From positions 235,166,001 to 235,230,000 of the forward strand of contig OZ024740.1 of assembly GCA_964016885.1 (NCBI GenBank): 64,000 nucleotides of DNA. The letters are read 5' to 3'. The stretch's first letter is position 1; each line of letters begins with the position of its first letter. The notes below the pieces were generated by a model. It worked only from the letters and a program-made list of their open reading frames with translations. It searched no databases and had not been told where the DNA came from. This stretch comes from Eledone cirrhosa. Taxonomy: Eukaryota. This document shows positions 28,784-43,400 of the stretch, one piece after another. A program made the translations under genes and the position numbers.

Positions 28784-29106
28784 TTATGATTTACATATAA
28801 TTCTGAAGGAGTTGGTAATATAATTAACTTGTCCAATATTAACTCTTAATGTCCTATATTACATGAAACCTCATTAGCAAGATATTTTTGAAATGTACAA
28901 ATGCATCACATTAAAAATAAAGTCTTTACTCTAATACTGAAATTTTACACACTGATCTGTACACCAGTAAAGATACTATAAACATATAAATCAACAAACC
29001 TGCTTTTAATTATTTTTCTGCTGAATCATTACAAGGTTTGTAAAAATTTGTTTGGGGAAAAATTTGAATGATGAAATCAAAGATTTTAAAGAAAACTCCA
29101 ACTTAC

Positions 29107-29142
29107 CATAGCTGCTCCAACTGCAATTCCACAGAAACCATG
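29107..29142 (-). CDS. PDHB: PDHB exon 5
   Basis: ttttag|HGFCGIAVGAAM|gtaagt; 36 nt. Confidence 0.95.
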
Positions 29143-29461
29143 CTAAAAAAGAAGAAAAACTAAAGTCAGAAGTAACAGTGGAATTTAATGTCAGATGATC
29201 CTGATACATTTTCATGAGACTACTATAGTTTAATAAAATCCCTTTTAACCATAATTGGATCAGCTTATAATAGATCTCTAGATGGCAGTAGTGACTTCAA
29301 TGTTTAGACACTAACTACAGTACTAACATTTTGTAATTTGTTCAGTGGGATATTTAGGTTTAAGCTGCAATATATGACTAAACTATCATATACGCCTAAG
29401 ATGTAGGGCTTCATATATGTGGTTCCTTATTTCAAAAGATATTTGGCAGCAGCATTAAGTA

Positions 29462-29608
29462 CAAGGGTCAGCTGAAAAGTTCATAGGCTAACTCTCTTTA
29501 TTAATAACTACATAGTTTCTTTCCAGGGACTATGTTGAAAAATAAACCTCATTTGGTCATTCCATGAAAGTATCTTGGTTAGCCTATAAACTTGTCAGCT
29601 GACCCTTT
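29462..29608. mobile_element. Tc1/mariner-like MITE (147 bp)
   Basis: TA|CAAGGGTCAGCTGAAAAGTTCATAGGCTAAC ... GTTAGCCTATAAACTTGTCAGCTGACCCTTT|TA; ~31-bp TIRs, TA target duplication. Confidence 0.85.
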
Positions 29609-30503
29609 TAGGTCAAGTGACAAAATAGAGATGCTCTCAATGAATAAACATGATAGCTTTTAGAGAATAATAATCAGAATGCTACAACAATTCTCATAAG
29701 CCAAACACAATGAACTGCTAAATGGGCTAATGGAAGAGCTGTTACAAAGTCAGTGAACATGCAAAAAATATCAGCCAAATCTCCTTTAATGCATATCTTA
29801 CTAGGCTAAAGAAAGGACACACTGAATAATGTAGTCCTAGAAAACAACTGGAAAGTCTCTAATTATCTTCCAAATTTAAATATTTGAATCACATTGAAGC
29901 AATTGCTAATCATTCAAGTATGAAATATAAGTGATAACACCTGTTGTCAATCAGATACACAGGGGACAGAGTTATGTACTTTGCTTAGTACTATGATAGA
30001 ATATCTGTAGCAAGACTTGAACTCTTTTCACAGCCTTTATCTTATGTCTCTAAGCAATGAGAAAGCTAAATATTAGATATTAATACTTGTTCAAAATATG
30101 TGTAAAGAAGAGTCAACAAAAACACAGGTCTTACATCAGCATATATAATTGGGTAGGACACCATTGATACATGCACTTTTTATGTTGTTTAAAGTCAGAT
30201 CAATTCCAATATCAAAAATATTCCAGCCACGACCATCTTGTCAAGATTTCATACATATATGTGTCTTTTTTTAAGACATAAGTGTGATTTGAGGAAGATT
30301 TGACTGCTATTTCTAGCAATCTAGTAACAACACAGAAGCTCCCTTGATGATTAGAACTGTCTTTATAATATGTTTCTACCCTGCGACAGAACATTTAAAG
30401 TCAAAACTCTATTATTATATAAAATTAATTCATATGTTCCAGATACATCCAGTACCAAATCTCTACCAACAGATGATATAATCTGGATATCATCATCACT
30501 TCA

Positions 30504-30703
30504 CCCTTTACATTACTCTATATATATACTATTGTATTTTTGTGGTGAAGGCTTTATCTCACATAATATCGAATCTACGAGATTTTGATGTTATTTATTT
30601 TGAGAACAATACCTTAAAAAATCAGTATGAGCAGCCAATTACAGCCGGTTTGAATGAGGTGGGAGAATTCTGGCCAGATAAGACCGGTTTAAATGCTAAA
30701 GAG
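30504..30703. mobile_element. piggyBac-like MITE, family 1 (second copy)
   Basis: Internal sequence matches 23304-23478; right end AATGCTAAAGAG|TTAA. Confidence 0.75.
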
Positions 30704-31203
30704 TTAAAGTCTGCTTTTCTTGCTAACAAAGGTTAGACTATTTAATACTGTCTGATATATAAACAGTATAAGAGAGAACATCTGTGGTTCTGTCTGTACT
30801 GAAGGAGATGAAACCGTACCAAGTACAAATTGTAGCAGTTTGTCAGGCTGATACATCCTTTCCAGGAATTATAATAGCAAAAATGTTTTAGAGTAAAATT
30901 ACATATATTTCATTATCATATATAATGAGGGATGTTATATATAACTTATCTCATACACTATGAAATCCACATATATGAATCTGATTGAATTGAAACTGAC
31001 AAAACACAACTAGGTTGAAATCATCATATCATGATCTGTTGGCTGTTAGTCTTACATATTTTCACTAGTGGTTATAATACCAAAATACTTTTAGAGCAAA
31101 GCTAGATATATATTTCCTTATTTAGAATTCATTCATTCATGTAACCAAATCCTCATCACCCAATGATATATCTACACTGTATAATTACATACACACACAC
31201 ATA

Positions 31204-31480
31204 ATCATCATCATTTTACGTCCATTCTTCCCTGCTTGCAAAGGTGGGACGGGTCTTATTCAGCACAGCATCTCTCCACTCGTCACAGTCCTTCGTCATC
31301 TCCACCATGAGTTTCAACGATCTGGGGTCTGTTCTCACCACCTCCGCCCATGTTTTTCGTGGGCAGGGTTTTTTGAAGAAGTCAAGCAGTTGCCATGCAT
31401 ACAAGTCTTCCCTCTCCACAATACTGATGCTATCCAAGTAAAAGCAATGGCCAACACAGCGCAGCACCAGTGTCATTGCA
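31204..31480 (-). mobile_element. 5'-truncated RTE LINE 3' end
   Basis: PRKTWAEVVRTD..LKLMVEMTKDCDEWRDAV resembles the RTE C-terminus (RP.KTW.E.V..D.....WR); (TGA)n tail. Confidence 0.75.
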
Positions 31481-32005
31481 ACCTACCTTTATTTTTTTCA
31501 GCTGACTGTAATGAAGCAACATGAAATAATGTGCCTTGCTCAAGAATACAATACACTATCTGGTCCAAGAATTGAACTCACAACTGTAAGATTGTAAGCC
31601 CAGTGTCCTAACTACTAAGCTACAATGTGAATGAGAGAGAACATGTGGTCCTGATAACCCTGAGGCTGATAAAACCTTCACTAAGTTGAAATTGTCAGAC
31701 CCACGTGTTCTTTCTAGGAGCTATAACACCAAGAAACACCAAGATTGTTTTAAAGCAAGGTTACATACATTTCCTTATTTCGAATTAATTAGTATGTAAC
31801 AAACACTAAATAGAGAGTGGTGTACTCCCCAGAAATAATAAAATGCTTACAGCAAGAGGAGAGATGGGGGTAAAAATATACAATTTTGCAGACCTTTCGA
31901 ATGTATGTAGAATGAGTATAAAAATACTACAGTTGAAAAGTAACAAGAGTTTTATGTGTTCTGACCAATAAGACATGTAATGAATCAATAACTAAAGAAA
32001 TTTAC

Positions 32006-32068
32006 CTCGGTAATGGGTGTGTCCTTCACTCTTGTGTCACCATATTTCTTCCACAGCCCTCGACTGAC
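32006..32068 (-). CDS. PDHB: PDHB exon 4
   Basis: ttgtag|VSRGLWKKYGDTRVKDTPITE|gtaaat; 63 nt. Confidence 0.95.
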
Positions 32069-32379
32069 CTACAATAGATATAATATTTTCACAAAATGTG
32101 CATGTACATGCATGCATATGTATATGCATATATATATATTCAGCTTTTATGTGTGTGTACTTATTCATCTCTGTATACGCATGGATTCAGCTCTGTGCTT
32201 GCATTCACTTCTGCATGTATGTATATTTTGTTTCCTGTGTATTCAGTTGTGTGGGTGTATGGGTGTATTCAGTTCAGTTGTGTACATGTATGTATGTATG
32301 TATGCAGCTGTGTTTGTATGAATGCATGTACAAAATATGAAACATGTTAAACTGGGGGTAACACAGAACTGAGAAAAAA

Positions 32380-33420
32380 ACATTGATTTCTAATTTAGGC
32401 ACAAGGCCAGCAAAATTGGGAGAAGGGAAAAGTTGATTATATCAAATCCAGTATTTGACTGATACTCTGTTTTATTGACTCCGGAAGGATGAAAGGTAAA
32501 GTTGGCCTCAGCAGTATTTAAACTCAGAATAAGGACCATAACTAAATGCTAGAAAGCATATAGCCCAACACTAATGATTCCAGCAATCCACTACCCTAGA
32601 ACTGAACTGACAGAAATACTGAGGTATGTTTACACTCAGATCTGGCAATCAACATACCACCATCCACCTTCCTAACATCAACACTCTCTACCTACAACAA
32701 TAAATTTGCGATGTTTTGCACTTTTCACAGCTAAATCTTTCTTATTGCTAACTATTTGTGTTTTTTTTTTTTACATTCATTCTTTTAATTCATTGTTTCT
32801 AGCATAGGCACAAAAGCTAGCAATTTTGGGGATGAGGAAATTTGGATAAATCAACCCTAGTATTTGACTGGTATTTCATTTTATCAACCTTGGAAGGATG
32901 AAAGGCAAAGTTGACCTTGGCAAGATTTGAAGTCAGTACATAAAGGGACATAACTAAATGCTACATTCATTCTTTTAATTTATGACAACACCTTGTATAT
33001 ACTTCTCTAGTAGTCATTCTAAGATCTGTAGTAACTGATGAGATCAAACACCATAAAATGTCAAGTTGTCACCACACTGCTAAAGATCAGAATCACTCCC
33101 TATTGCATTCCATATATGTATAAATGGACCTGCAACTCCTAGTGAAGTTGTAGCGGTTTCATAGTGACATACAATGTCTTGGGCATTTGTTTAAAACCTG
33201 GTAGAGGCCATCTCCTCTCCAAGTCTGAACACAACTAATTTCTTCCAGAGAGTGATATAGTGACAGAATTGACCCCAGCATTGGACTGGTTCTTTTTTTA
33301 TCGACCTAGAAAGGATGAAAGGCAAAGTTGACCTCAGCAGGACTTCAACTCAAAGAGAAGAGTTAGAACAAATACCATAAAATATTCATTCTATCAACTC
33401 TGCCAATTCGCCACCTAGAT
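32380..33420 (-). mobile_element. Three older Nin-type SINE copies (~32385-32600, ~32795-32965, ~33165-33420)
   Basis: Reverse complement of the SINE core (GGATGAAAGGCAAAGTTGACC; GGCACAAGGCCAGCAA). Confidence 0.8.
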
Positions 33421-33689
33421 TCCATATATAATCAATTCAGATACTTTAGCTTACGACATCAAGCCCACTTTACAATTAAGTTTTCAAGCAGCAGGTATCC
33501 CATTGTGTGTTTTCCTAGCCGTTCTTTGATTTATATCTCACAGCTTCCCTTTTTTCCAACCATTTTTTTCTATACCTGCATGAATGAGATGGCTTATATG
33601 CTGGAGCAATTGTATTTTCAGCTGGAGAATGTAAAGTGAAGATGAACCCTGAACTCCATCAACACTCCTCCTAAACTACACACCTTTGC

Positions 33690-33900
33690 ACCACCAACAC
33701 CCCCTCCCAAACTGCACATCTTCCCTCCATCAACACCCCTCCAAAACTGCACATCTTCCCTCCATCAACACCCCCTCCAAAACTGCACATCTTCCCTCCA
33801 TCAACACCCCTCCAAAACTGCACATCTTCCCTCCATCAACACCCCCCCCCTCCAAAACTGCACATCCTCCTTTCCAGAAACACCTCCTCCAACTGCATAC
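33690..33900. repeat. Short ~35-bp C-rich minisatellite (CCCTCCAAAACTGCACATCTTCCCTCCATCAACAC), ~5 units
   Basis: Direct tandem repeats with variable poly-C length. Confidence 0.9.
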
Positions 33901-34409
33901 CTTCCTAAAACCACACAATGATGTAATACCTCCATAAAAAGATGATTTCAAACTTTTACATTAATCTTACCAGGTACAGACATGACTGTGTTTTTAAGAG
34001 GTTCATTTCAGAACGATGTAATTTGGGATTCTATCTTCGTATGTGATACCTTGAGTAACTGTCTTCTAATATTGCCTATGTCTGACCATAGCTTTTTGAG
34101 TGAAATTGTAGAAAAACCCATCATGTGTGTATATATGTATACATGTATGTGTGTTTTTGTTTGTCTACATTCCAAATTTGACATAGCGCAGGTGGTGACA
34201 TATGTTTAAGTCCTGCAGACCAGTGGTTCAATGATTTGTATTTTACTTAAAAACAAGTGAGGGTTGGTGTCAGGTGGGACATCTGGCAATATAATACAGC
34301 CATAAAAAGTTTCATCCAACCCATCGACAAATGGACATAAGACTGATGATTATGATGATTTAGATTTCAGCAACTGTCAATTTCATCTCATCCCACTATT
34401 TACCTCCCA

Positions 34410-37400
34410 TACATAATGCTGTTACATCCCACCATTTACACCTCACATGCAGCCAATGTTGTCCAACCCCACCATGCAGCTAATGTTGTCCCATCCCACC
34501 ATTTATACCTCACATACAGCTAATGTTGTCCAATCCCACCATTTACACCTCACATACAGCTAATGTTGTCCAATCCCACCATTTACACCTCACATGCAGC
34601 TAATGTTGTCCCATCCCACCATTTACACCTCATATACAGCTAATGTTGTCCAATCCCACCATTTACACCTCACATACAGCTAATGTTGTCCAATCCCACC
34701 ATTTACACCTCACATGCAGCTAATGTTGTCCAATCCCACCATTTACACCTCACATACAGCTAATGTTGTCCCATCTTACCATTTACACCTCACATGCAGC
34801 TAATGTTGTCCCATCCCACCATTTACACCTCCCATACAGCTAATGTTGTCCCATCCCACCATTTACACCTCCCATACAGCTAATGTTGTCCCATCCCACC
34901 ATTTACACCTCACATACAGCTAATGTTGTCCAATCCCACCATTTACACCTCACATACAGCTAATGTTGTCCAATCCCACCATTTACACCTCCCATACAGC
35001 TAATGTTGTCCCATCCCACCATTTACACCTCACATGCAGCTAATGTTGTCCCATCCCACCATTTACACCTCCCATACAGCTAATGTTGTCCAATCCCACC
35101 ATTTACACCTCACATGCAGCTAATGTTGTCTCATCTCCCCATTTATACCTCACATACAGCTAATGTTGTCCCATCCCACCATTTACACCTCCCATACAGC
35201 TAATGTTGTCCAATCCCACCATTTACACCTCACATGCAGCTAATGTTGTCCAATCCCACCATTTACACCTCACATGCAGCTAATGTTGTCCAATCCCACC
35301 ATTTACACCTCACATGCAGCTAATGTTGTCCCATCCCACCATTTACACCTCACATACAGCTAATGTTGTCTCACCCCACCATTTACACCTCCCATACAGC
35401 TAATGTTGTCCAATCTTACCATTTACACCTCACATGCAGCTAATGTTGTCCAATCCCACCATTTACACCTCACATGCAGCTAATGTTGTCCAATCCCACC
35501 ATTTACACCTCACATGCAGCTAATGTTGTCCCATCCCACCATTTACACCTCACATACAGCTAATGTTGTCTCATCCCACCATTTACACCTCACATGCAGC
35601 TAATGTTGTCCAATCCCACCATTTACACCTCACATGCAGCTAATGTTGTCCTATCCCACCATTTACACCTCACATGCAGCTAATGTTGTCCCATCCCACC
35701 ATTTACACCTCACATACAGCTAATGTTGTCCAATCCCACCATTTACACCTCCCATGCAGCTAATGTTGTCTCATCTTACCATTTACACCTCCCATACAGC
35801 TAATGTTGTCCAATCCCACCATTTACACCTCCCATACAGCTAATGTTGTCCAATCCCACCATTTACACCTCACATGCAGCTAATGTTGTCCAATCCCACC
35901 ATTTACACCTCACATGCAGCTAATGTTGTCCAATCCCACCATTTACACCTCACATACAGCTAATGTTGTCCAATCCCACCATTTACACCTCCCATACAGC
36001 TAATGTTGTCCAATCCCACCATTTACACCTCCCATACAGCTAATGTTGTCCAATCCCACCATTTACACCTCCCATACAGCTAATGTTGTCCAATCCCACC
36101 ATTTACACCTCACATACAGCTAATGTTGTCCAATCCCACCATTTATACCTCACATACAGCTAATGTTGTCCAATCCCACCATTTATACCTCACATACAGC
36201 TAATGTTGTCCCATCCCACCATTTACACCTCACATACAGCTAATGTTGTCCCATCCCACCATTTACACCTCACATACAGCTAATGTTGTCCAATCCCACC
36301 ATTTACACCTCCCATACAGCTAATGTTGTCCAATCCCACCATTTACACCTCCCATACAGCTAATGTTGTCCAATCCCACCATTTACACCTCCCATACAGC
36401 TAATGTTGTCCAATCCCACCATTTACACCTCACATACAGCTAATGTTGTCCAATCCCACCATTTACACCTCACATACAGCTAATGTTGTCCAATCCCACC
36501 ATTTACACCTCCCATACAGCTAATGTTGTCCCATCCCACCATTTACACCTCCCATACAGCTAATGTTGTCCAATCCCACCATTTACACCTCCCATACAGC
36601 TAATGTTGTCCAATCCCACCATTTACACCTCACATACAGCTAATGTTGTCCAATCCCACCATTTACACCTCCCATACAGCTAATGTTGTCCCATCCCACC
36701 ATTTACACCTCCCATACAGCTAATGTTGTCCCATCCCACCATTTACACCTCACATACAGCTAATGTTGTCCAATCCCACCATTTATACCTCACATACAGC
36801 TAATGTTGTCCAATCCCACCATTTATACCTCACATACAGCTAATGTTGTCCCATCCCACCATTTACACCTCACATACAGCTAATGTTGTCCCATCCCACC
36901 ATTTACACCTCACATACAGCTAATGTTGTCCAATCCCACCATTTACACCTCCCATACAGCTAATGTTGTCCCATCCCACCATTTACACCTCCCATACAGC
37001 TAATGTTGTCCAATCCCACCATTTATACCTCACATACAGCTAATGTTGTCCAATCCCACCATTTATACCTCACATGCAGCTAATGTTGTCCAATCCCACC
37101 ATTTACACCTCACATGCAGCTAATGTTGTCCTATCCCACCATTTATACCTCACATACAGCTAATGTTGTCCAATCCCACCATTTATACCTCACATACAGC
37201 TAATGTTGTCCAATCCCACCATTTACACCTCACATGCAGCTAATGTTGTCCTATCCCACCATTTATACCTCACATACAGCTAATGTTGTCCAATCCCACC
37301 ATTTATACCTCACATACAGCTAATGTTGTCCAATCCCACCATTTACACCTCACATGCAGCTAATGTTGTCCTATCCCACCATTTACACCTCACATGCAGC

Positions 37401-40400
37401 TAATGTTGTCCAATCCCACCATTTATACCTCACATACAGCTAATGTTGTCCAATCCCACCATTTACACCTCACATACAGCTAATGTTGTCCAATCCCACC
37501 ATTTACACCTCACATGCAGCTAATGTTGTCCCATCCCACCATTTACACCTCCCATACAGCTAATGTTGTCCAATCCCACCATTTACACCTCCCATACAGC
37601 TAATGTTGTCCAATCCCACCATTTACACCTCACATACAGCTAATGTTGTCCAATCCCACCATTTATACCTCACATACAGCTAATGTTGTCCAATCCCACC
37701 ATTTATACCTCACATACAGCTAATGTTGTCCCATCCCACCATTTACACCTCACATGCAGCTAATGTTGTCCAATCCCACCATTTACACCTCACATGCAGC
37801 TAATGTTGTCCTATCCCACCATTTATACCTCACATACAGCTAATGTTGTCCAATCCCACCATTTATACCTCACATACAGCTAATGTTGTCCAATCCCACC
37901 ATTTACACCTCACATGCAGCTAATGTTGTCCTATCCCACCATTTACACCTCACATGCAGCTAATGTTGTCCAATCCCACCATTTATACCTCACATACAGC
38001 TAATGTTGTCCAATCCCACCATTTACACCTCACATGCAGCTAATGTTGTCCTATCCCACCATTTACACCTCACATACAGCTAATGTTGTCCCATCTTACC
38101 ATTTACACCTCACATGCAGCTAATGTTGTCCCATCCCACCATTTACACCTCACATACAGCTAATGTTGTCCAATCCCACCATTTACACCTCACATACAGC
38201 TAATGTTGTCCAATCCCACCATTTACACCTCACATACAGCTAATGTTGTCTCATCTCCCCATTTACACCTCCCATACAGCTAATGTTGTCCAATCCCACC
38301 ATTTACACCTCACATACAGCTAATGTTGTCCCATCCCACCATTTACACCTCACATACAGCTAATGTTGTCCAATCCCACCATTTACACCTCACATGCAGC
38401 TAATGTTGTCCAATCCCACCATTTACACCTCACATGCAGCTAATGTTGTCCCATCCCACCATTTACACCTCACATACAGCTAATGTTGTCCAATCCCACC
38501 ATTTATACCTCACATACAGCTAATGTTGTCCCATCCCACCATTTACACCTCACATGCAGCTAATGTTGTCCAATCCCACCATTTACACCTCACATGCAGC
38601 TAATGTTGTCCAATCCCACCATTTACACCTCACATGCAGCTAATGTTGTCCCATCCCACCATTTACACCTCACATACAGCTAATGTTGTCCAATCCCACC
38701 ATTTACACCTCACATGCAGCTAATGTTGTCCTATCCCACCATTTACACCTCACATGCAGCTAATGTTGTCCAATCCCACCATTTATACCTCACATACAGC
38801 TAATGTTGTCCAATCCCACCATTTACACCTCACATACAGCTAATGTTGTCCCATCCCACCATTTACACCTCACATACAGCTAATGTTGTCCCATCCCACC
38901 ATTTACACCTCACATACAGCTAATGTTGTCCAATCCCACCATTTACACCTCACATGCAGCTAATGTTGTCCCATCCCACCATTTACACCTCACATACAGC
39001 TAATGTTGTCCAATCCCACCATTTACACCTCACATGCAGCTAATGTTGTCCAATCCCACCATTTACACCTCACATGCAGCTAATGTTGTCCCATCCCACC
39101 ATTTACACCTCACATACAGCTAATGTTGTCCCATCCCACCATTTACACCTCACATACAGCTAATGTTGTCCAATCCCACCATTTACACCTCCCATACAGC
39201 TAATGTTGTCCAATCCCACCATTTACACCTCACATGCAGCTAATGTTGTCCAATCCCACCATTTATACCTCACATACAGCTAATGTTGTCCCATCCCACC
39301 ATTTACACCTCACATGCAGCTAATGTTGTCCCATCCCACCATTTACACCTCACATACAGCTAATGTTGTCCCATCCCACCATTTACACCTCACATACAGC
39401 TAATGTTGTCCAATCCCACCATTTACACCTCACATGCAGCTAATGTTGTCCCATCTTACCATTTACACCTCCCATACAGCTAATGTTGTCCCATCCCACC
39501 ATTTACACCTCACATGCAGCTAATGTTGTCCCATCCCACCATTTACACCTCCCATACAGCTAATGTTGTCCAATCCCACCATTTACACCTCACATACAGC
39601 TAATGTTGTCCCATCCCACCATTTACACCTCACATACAGCTAATGTTGTCCCATCCCACCATTTACACCTCACATACAGCTAATGTTGTCCAATCCCACC
39701 ATTTACACCTCACATACAGCTAATGTTGTCCAATCCCACCATTTACACCTCACATACAGCTAATGTTGTCCAATCCCACCATTTACACCTCACATACAGC
39801 TAATGTTGTCTCATCCCACCATTTACACCTCCCATACAGCTAATGTTGTCCCATCCCACCATTTACACCTCACATACAGCTAATGTTGTCCCATCCCACC
39901 ATTTACACCTCACATACAGCTAATGTTGTCCCATCCCACCATTTACACCTCACATACAGCTAATGTTGTCCAATCCCACCATTTACACCTCACATACAGC
40001 TAATGTTGTCCAATCCCACCATTTACACCTCACATACAGCTAATGTTGTCCTATCCCACCATTTACACCTCACATGCAGCTAATGTTGTCCCATCCCACC
40101 ATTTACACCTCACATGCAGCTAATGTTGTCCCATCCCACCATTTACACCTCACATACAGCTAATGTTGTCCCATCCCACCATTTACACCTCACATACAGC
40201 TAATGTTGTCCCATCCCACCATTTACACCTCACATACAGCTAATGTTGTCTCATCTCCCCATTTACACCTCACATGCAGCTAATGTTGTCCCATCCCACC
40301 ATTTACACCTCACATGCAGCTAATGTTGTCCCATCCCACCATTTACACCTCACATGCAGCTAATGTTGTCTCATCTCCCCATTTACACCTCACATGCAGC

Positions 40401-43400
40401 TAATGTTGTCCCATCCCACCATTTACACCTCACATGCAGCTAATGTTGTCCAATCCCACCATTTATACCTCACATACAGCTAATGTTGTCCCATCCCACC
40501 ATTTACACCTCACATACAGCTAATGTTGTCCCATCCCACCATTTACACCTCACATACAGCTAATGTTGTCCCATCCCACCATTTACACCTCCCATACAGC
40601 TAATGTTGTCCAATCCCACCATTTACACCTCACATACAGCTAATGTTGTCCCATCCCACCATTTACACCTCACATGCAGCTAATGTTGTCCCATCCCACC
40701 ATTTACACCTCACATGCAGCTAATGTTGTCTCATCTCCCCATTTACACCTCACATGCAGCTAATGTTGTCCCATCCCACCATTAACACCTCACATACAGC
40801 TAATGTTGTCCCATCCCACCATTTACACCTCCCATACAGCTAATGTTGTCCCATCCCACCATTTACACCTCCCATACAGCTAATGTTGTCCCATCCCACC
40901 ATTTACACCTCACATGCAGCTAATGTTGTCCCATCCCACCATTTACACCTCACATACAGCTAATGTTGTCCCATCCCACCATTTACACCTCACATGCAGC
41001 TAATGTTGTCCCATCCCACCATTTACACCTCCCATACAGCTAATGTTGTCTCATCCCACCATTTACACCTCACATGCAGCTAATGTTGTCTCATCTCCCC
41101 ATTTACACCTCCCATACAGCTAATGTTGTCCCATCCCACCATTTACACCTCACATGCAGCTAATGTTGTCCCATCCCACCATTTACACCTCACATACAGC
41201 TAATGTTGTCTCATCTCCCCATTTACACCTCACATACAGCTAATGTTGTCCCATCCCACCATTTATACCTCACATGCAGCTAATGTTGTCCAATCCCACC
41301 ATTTACACCTCACATGCAGCTAATGTTGTCCCATCCCACCATTTACACCTCACATACAGCTAATGTTGTCCAATCCCACCATTTACACCTCCCATACAGC
41401 TAATGTTGTCCCATCCCACCATTTACACCTCACATACAGCTAATGTTGTCTCATCTCCCCATTTACACCTCCCATACAGCTAATGTTGTCCAATCCCACC
41501 ATTTACACCTCACATACAGCTAATGTTGTCCAATCCCACCATTTACACCTCCCATACAGCTAATGTTGTCCCATCCCACCATTTACACCTCACATACAGC
41601 TAATGTTGTCTCATCTCCCCATTTACACCTCCCATACAGCTAATGTTGTCCAATCCCACCATTTACACCTCACATACAGCTAATGTTGTCCTATCCCACC
41701 ATTTACACCTCACATACAGCTAATGTTGTCTCATCTCCCCATTTACACCTCCCATACAGCTAATGTTGTCCTATCCCACCATTTACACCTCACATGCAGC
41801 TAATGTTGTCTCATCTCCCCATTTACACCTCCCATACAGCTAATGTTGTCCCATCCCACCATTTACACCTCACATGCAGCTAATGTTGTCTCATCTCCCC
41901 ATTTACACCTCACATACAGCTAATGTTGTCCAATCCCACCATTTACACCTCCCATACAGCTAATGTTGTCCCATCCCACCATTTACACCTCACATACAGC
42001 TAATGTTGTCCCATCCCACCATTTACACCTCACATACAGCTAATGTTGTCCCATCCCACCATTTACACCTCACATACAGCTAATGTTGTCCAATCCCACC
42101 ATTTACACCTCCCATACAGCTAATGTTGTCCCATCCCACCATTTACACCTCACATACAGCTAATGTTGTCCTATCTCACCATTTACACCTCACATGCAGC
42201 TAATGTTGTCTCATCTCCCCATTTACACCTCCCATACAGCTAATGTTGTCCCATCCCACCATTTACACCTCACATACAGCTAATGTTGTCCAATCCCACC
42301 ATTTACACCTCCCATACAGCTAATGTTGTCCCATCCCACCATTTACACCTCACATGCAGCTAATGTTGTCCTATCCCACCATTTACACCTCACATACAGC
42401 TAATGTTGTCCCATCCCACCATTTACACCTCACATACAGCTAATGTTGTCCAATCCCACCATTTACACCTCCCATACAGCTAATGTTGTCCCATCCCACC
42501 ATTTACACCTCCCATGCAGCTAATGTTGTCTCATCTCCCCATTTACACCTCACATACAGCTAATGTTGTCCCATCTTACCATTTACACCTCACATACAGC
42601 TAATGTTGTCTCATCTCCCCATTTACACCTCCCATACAGCTAATGTTGTCCCATCCCACCATTTACACCTCACATACAGCTAATGTTGTCCTATCCCACC
42701 ATTTACACCTCACATACAGCTAATGTTGTCCCATCCCACCATTTACACCTCACATACAGCTAATGTTGTCCAATCCCACCATTTACACCTCCCATACAGC
42801 TAATGTTGTCCCATCCCACCATTTACACCTCCCATGCAGCTAATGTTGTCTCATCTCCCCATTTACACCTCACATACAGCTAATGTTGTCCCATCTTACC
42901 ATTTACACCTCACATACAGCTAATGTTGTCTCATCTCCCCATTTACACCTCACATACAGCTAATGTTGTCCCATCCCACCATTTACACCTCACATGCAGC
43001 TAATGTTGTCCCATCCCACCATTTACACCTCCCATACAGCTAATGTTGTCCCATCCCACCATTTATACCTCACATGCAGCTAATGTTGTCCAATCCCACC
43101 ATTTACACCTCACATGCAGCTAATGTTGTCCCATCCCACCATTAACACCTCACATACAGCTAATGTTGTCCCATCCCACCATTTACACCTCCCATACAGC
43201 TAATGTTGTCCCATCCCACCATTTACACCTCCCATACAGCTAATGTTGTCCCATCCCACCATTTACACCTCACATGCAGCTAATGTTGTCCCATCCCACC
43301 ATTTACACCTCACATACAGCTAATGTTGTCCCATCCCACCATTTACACCTCACATGCAGCTAATGTTGTCCCATCCCACCATTTACACCTCACATGCAGC

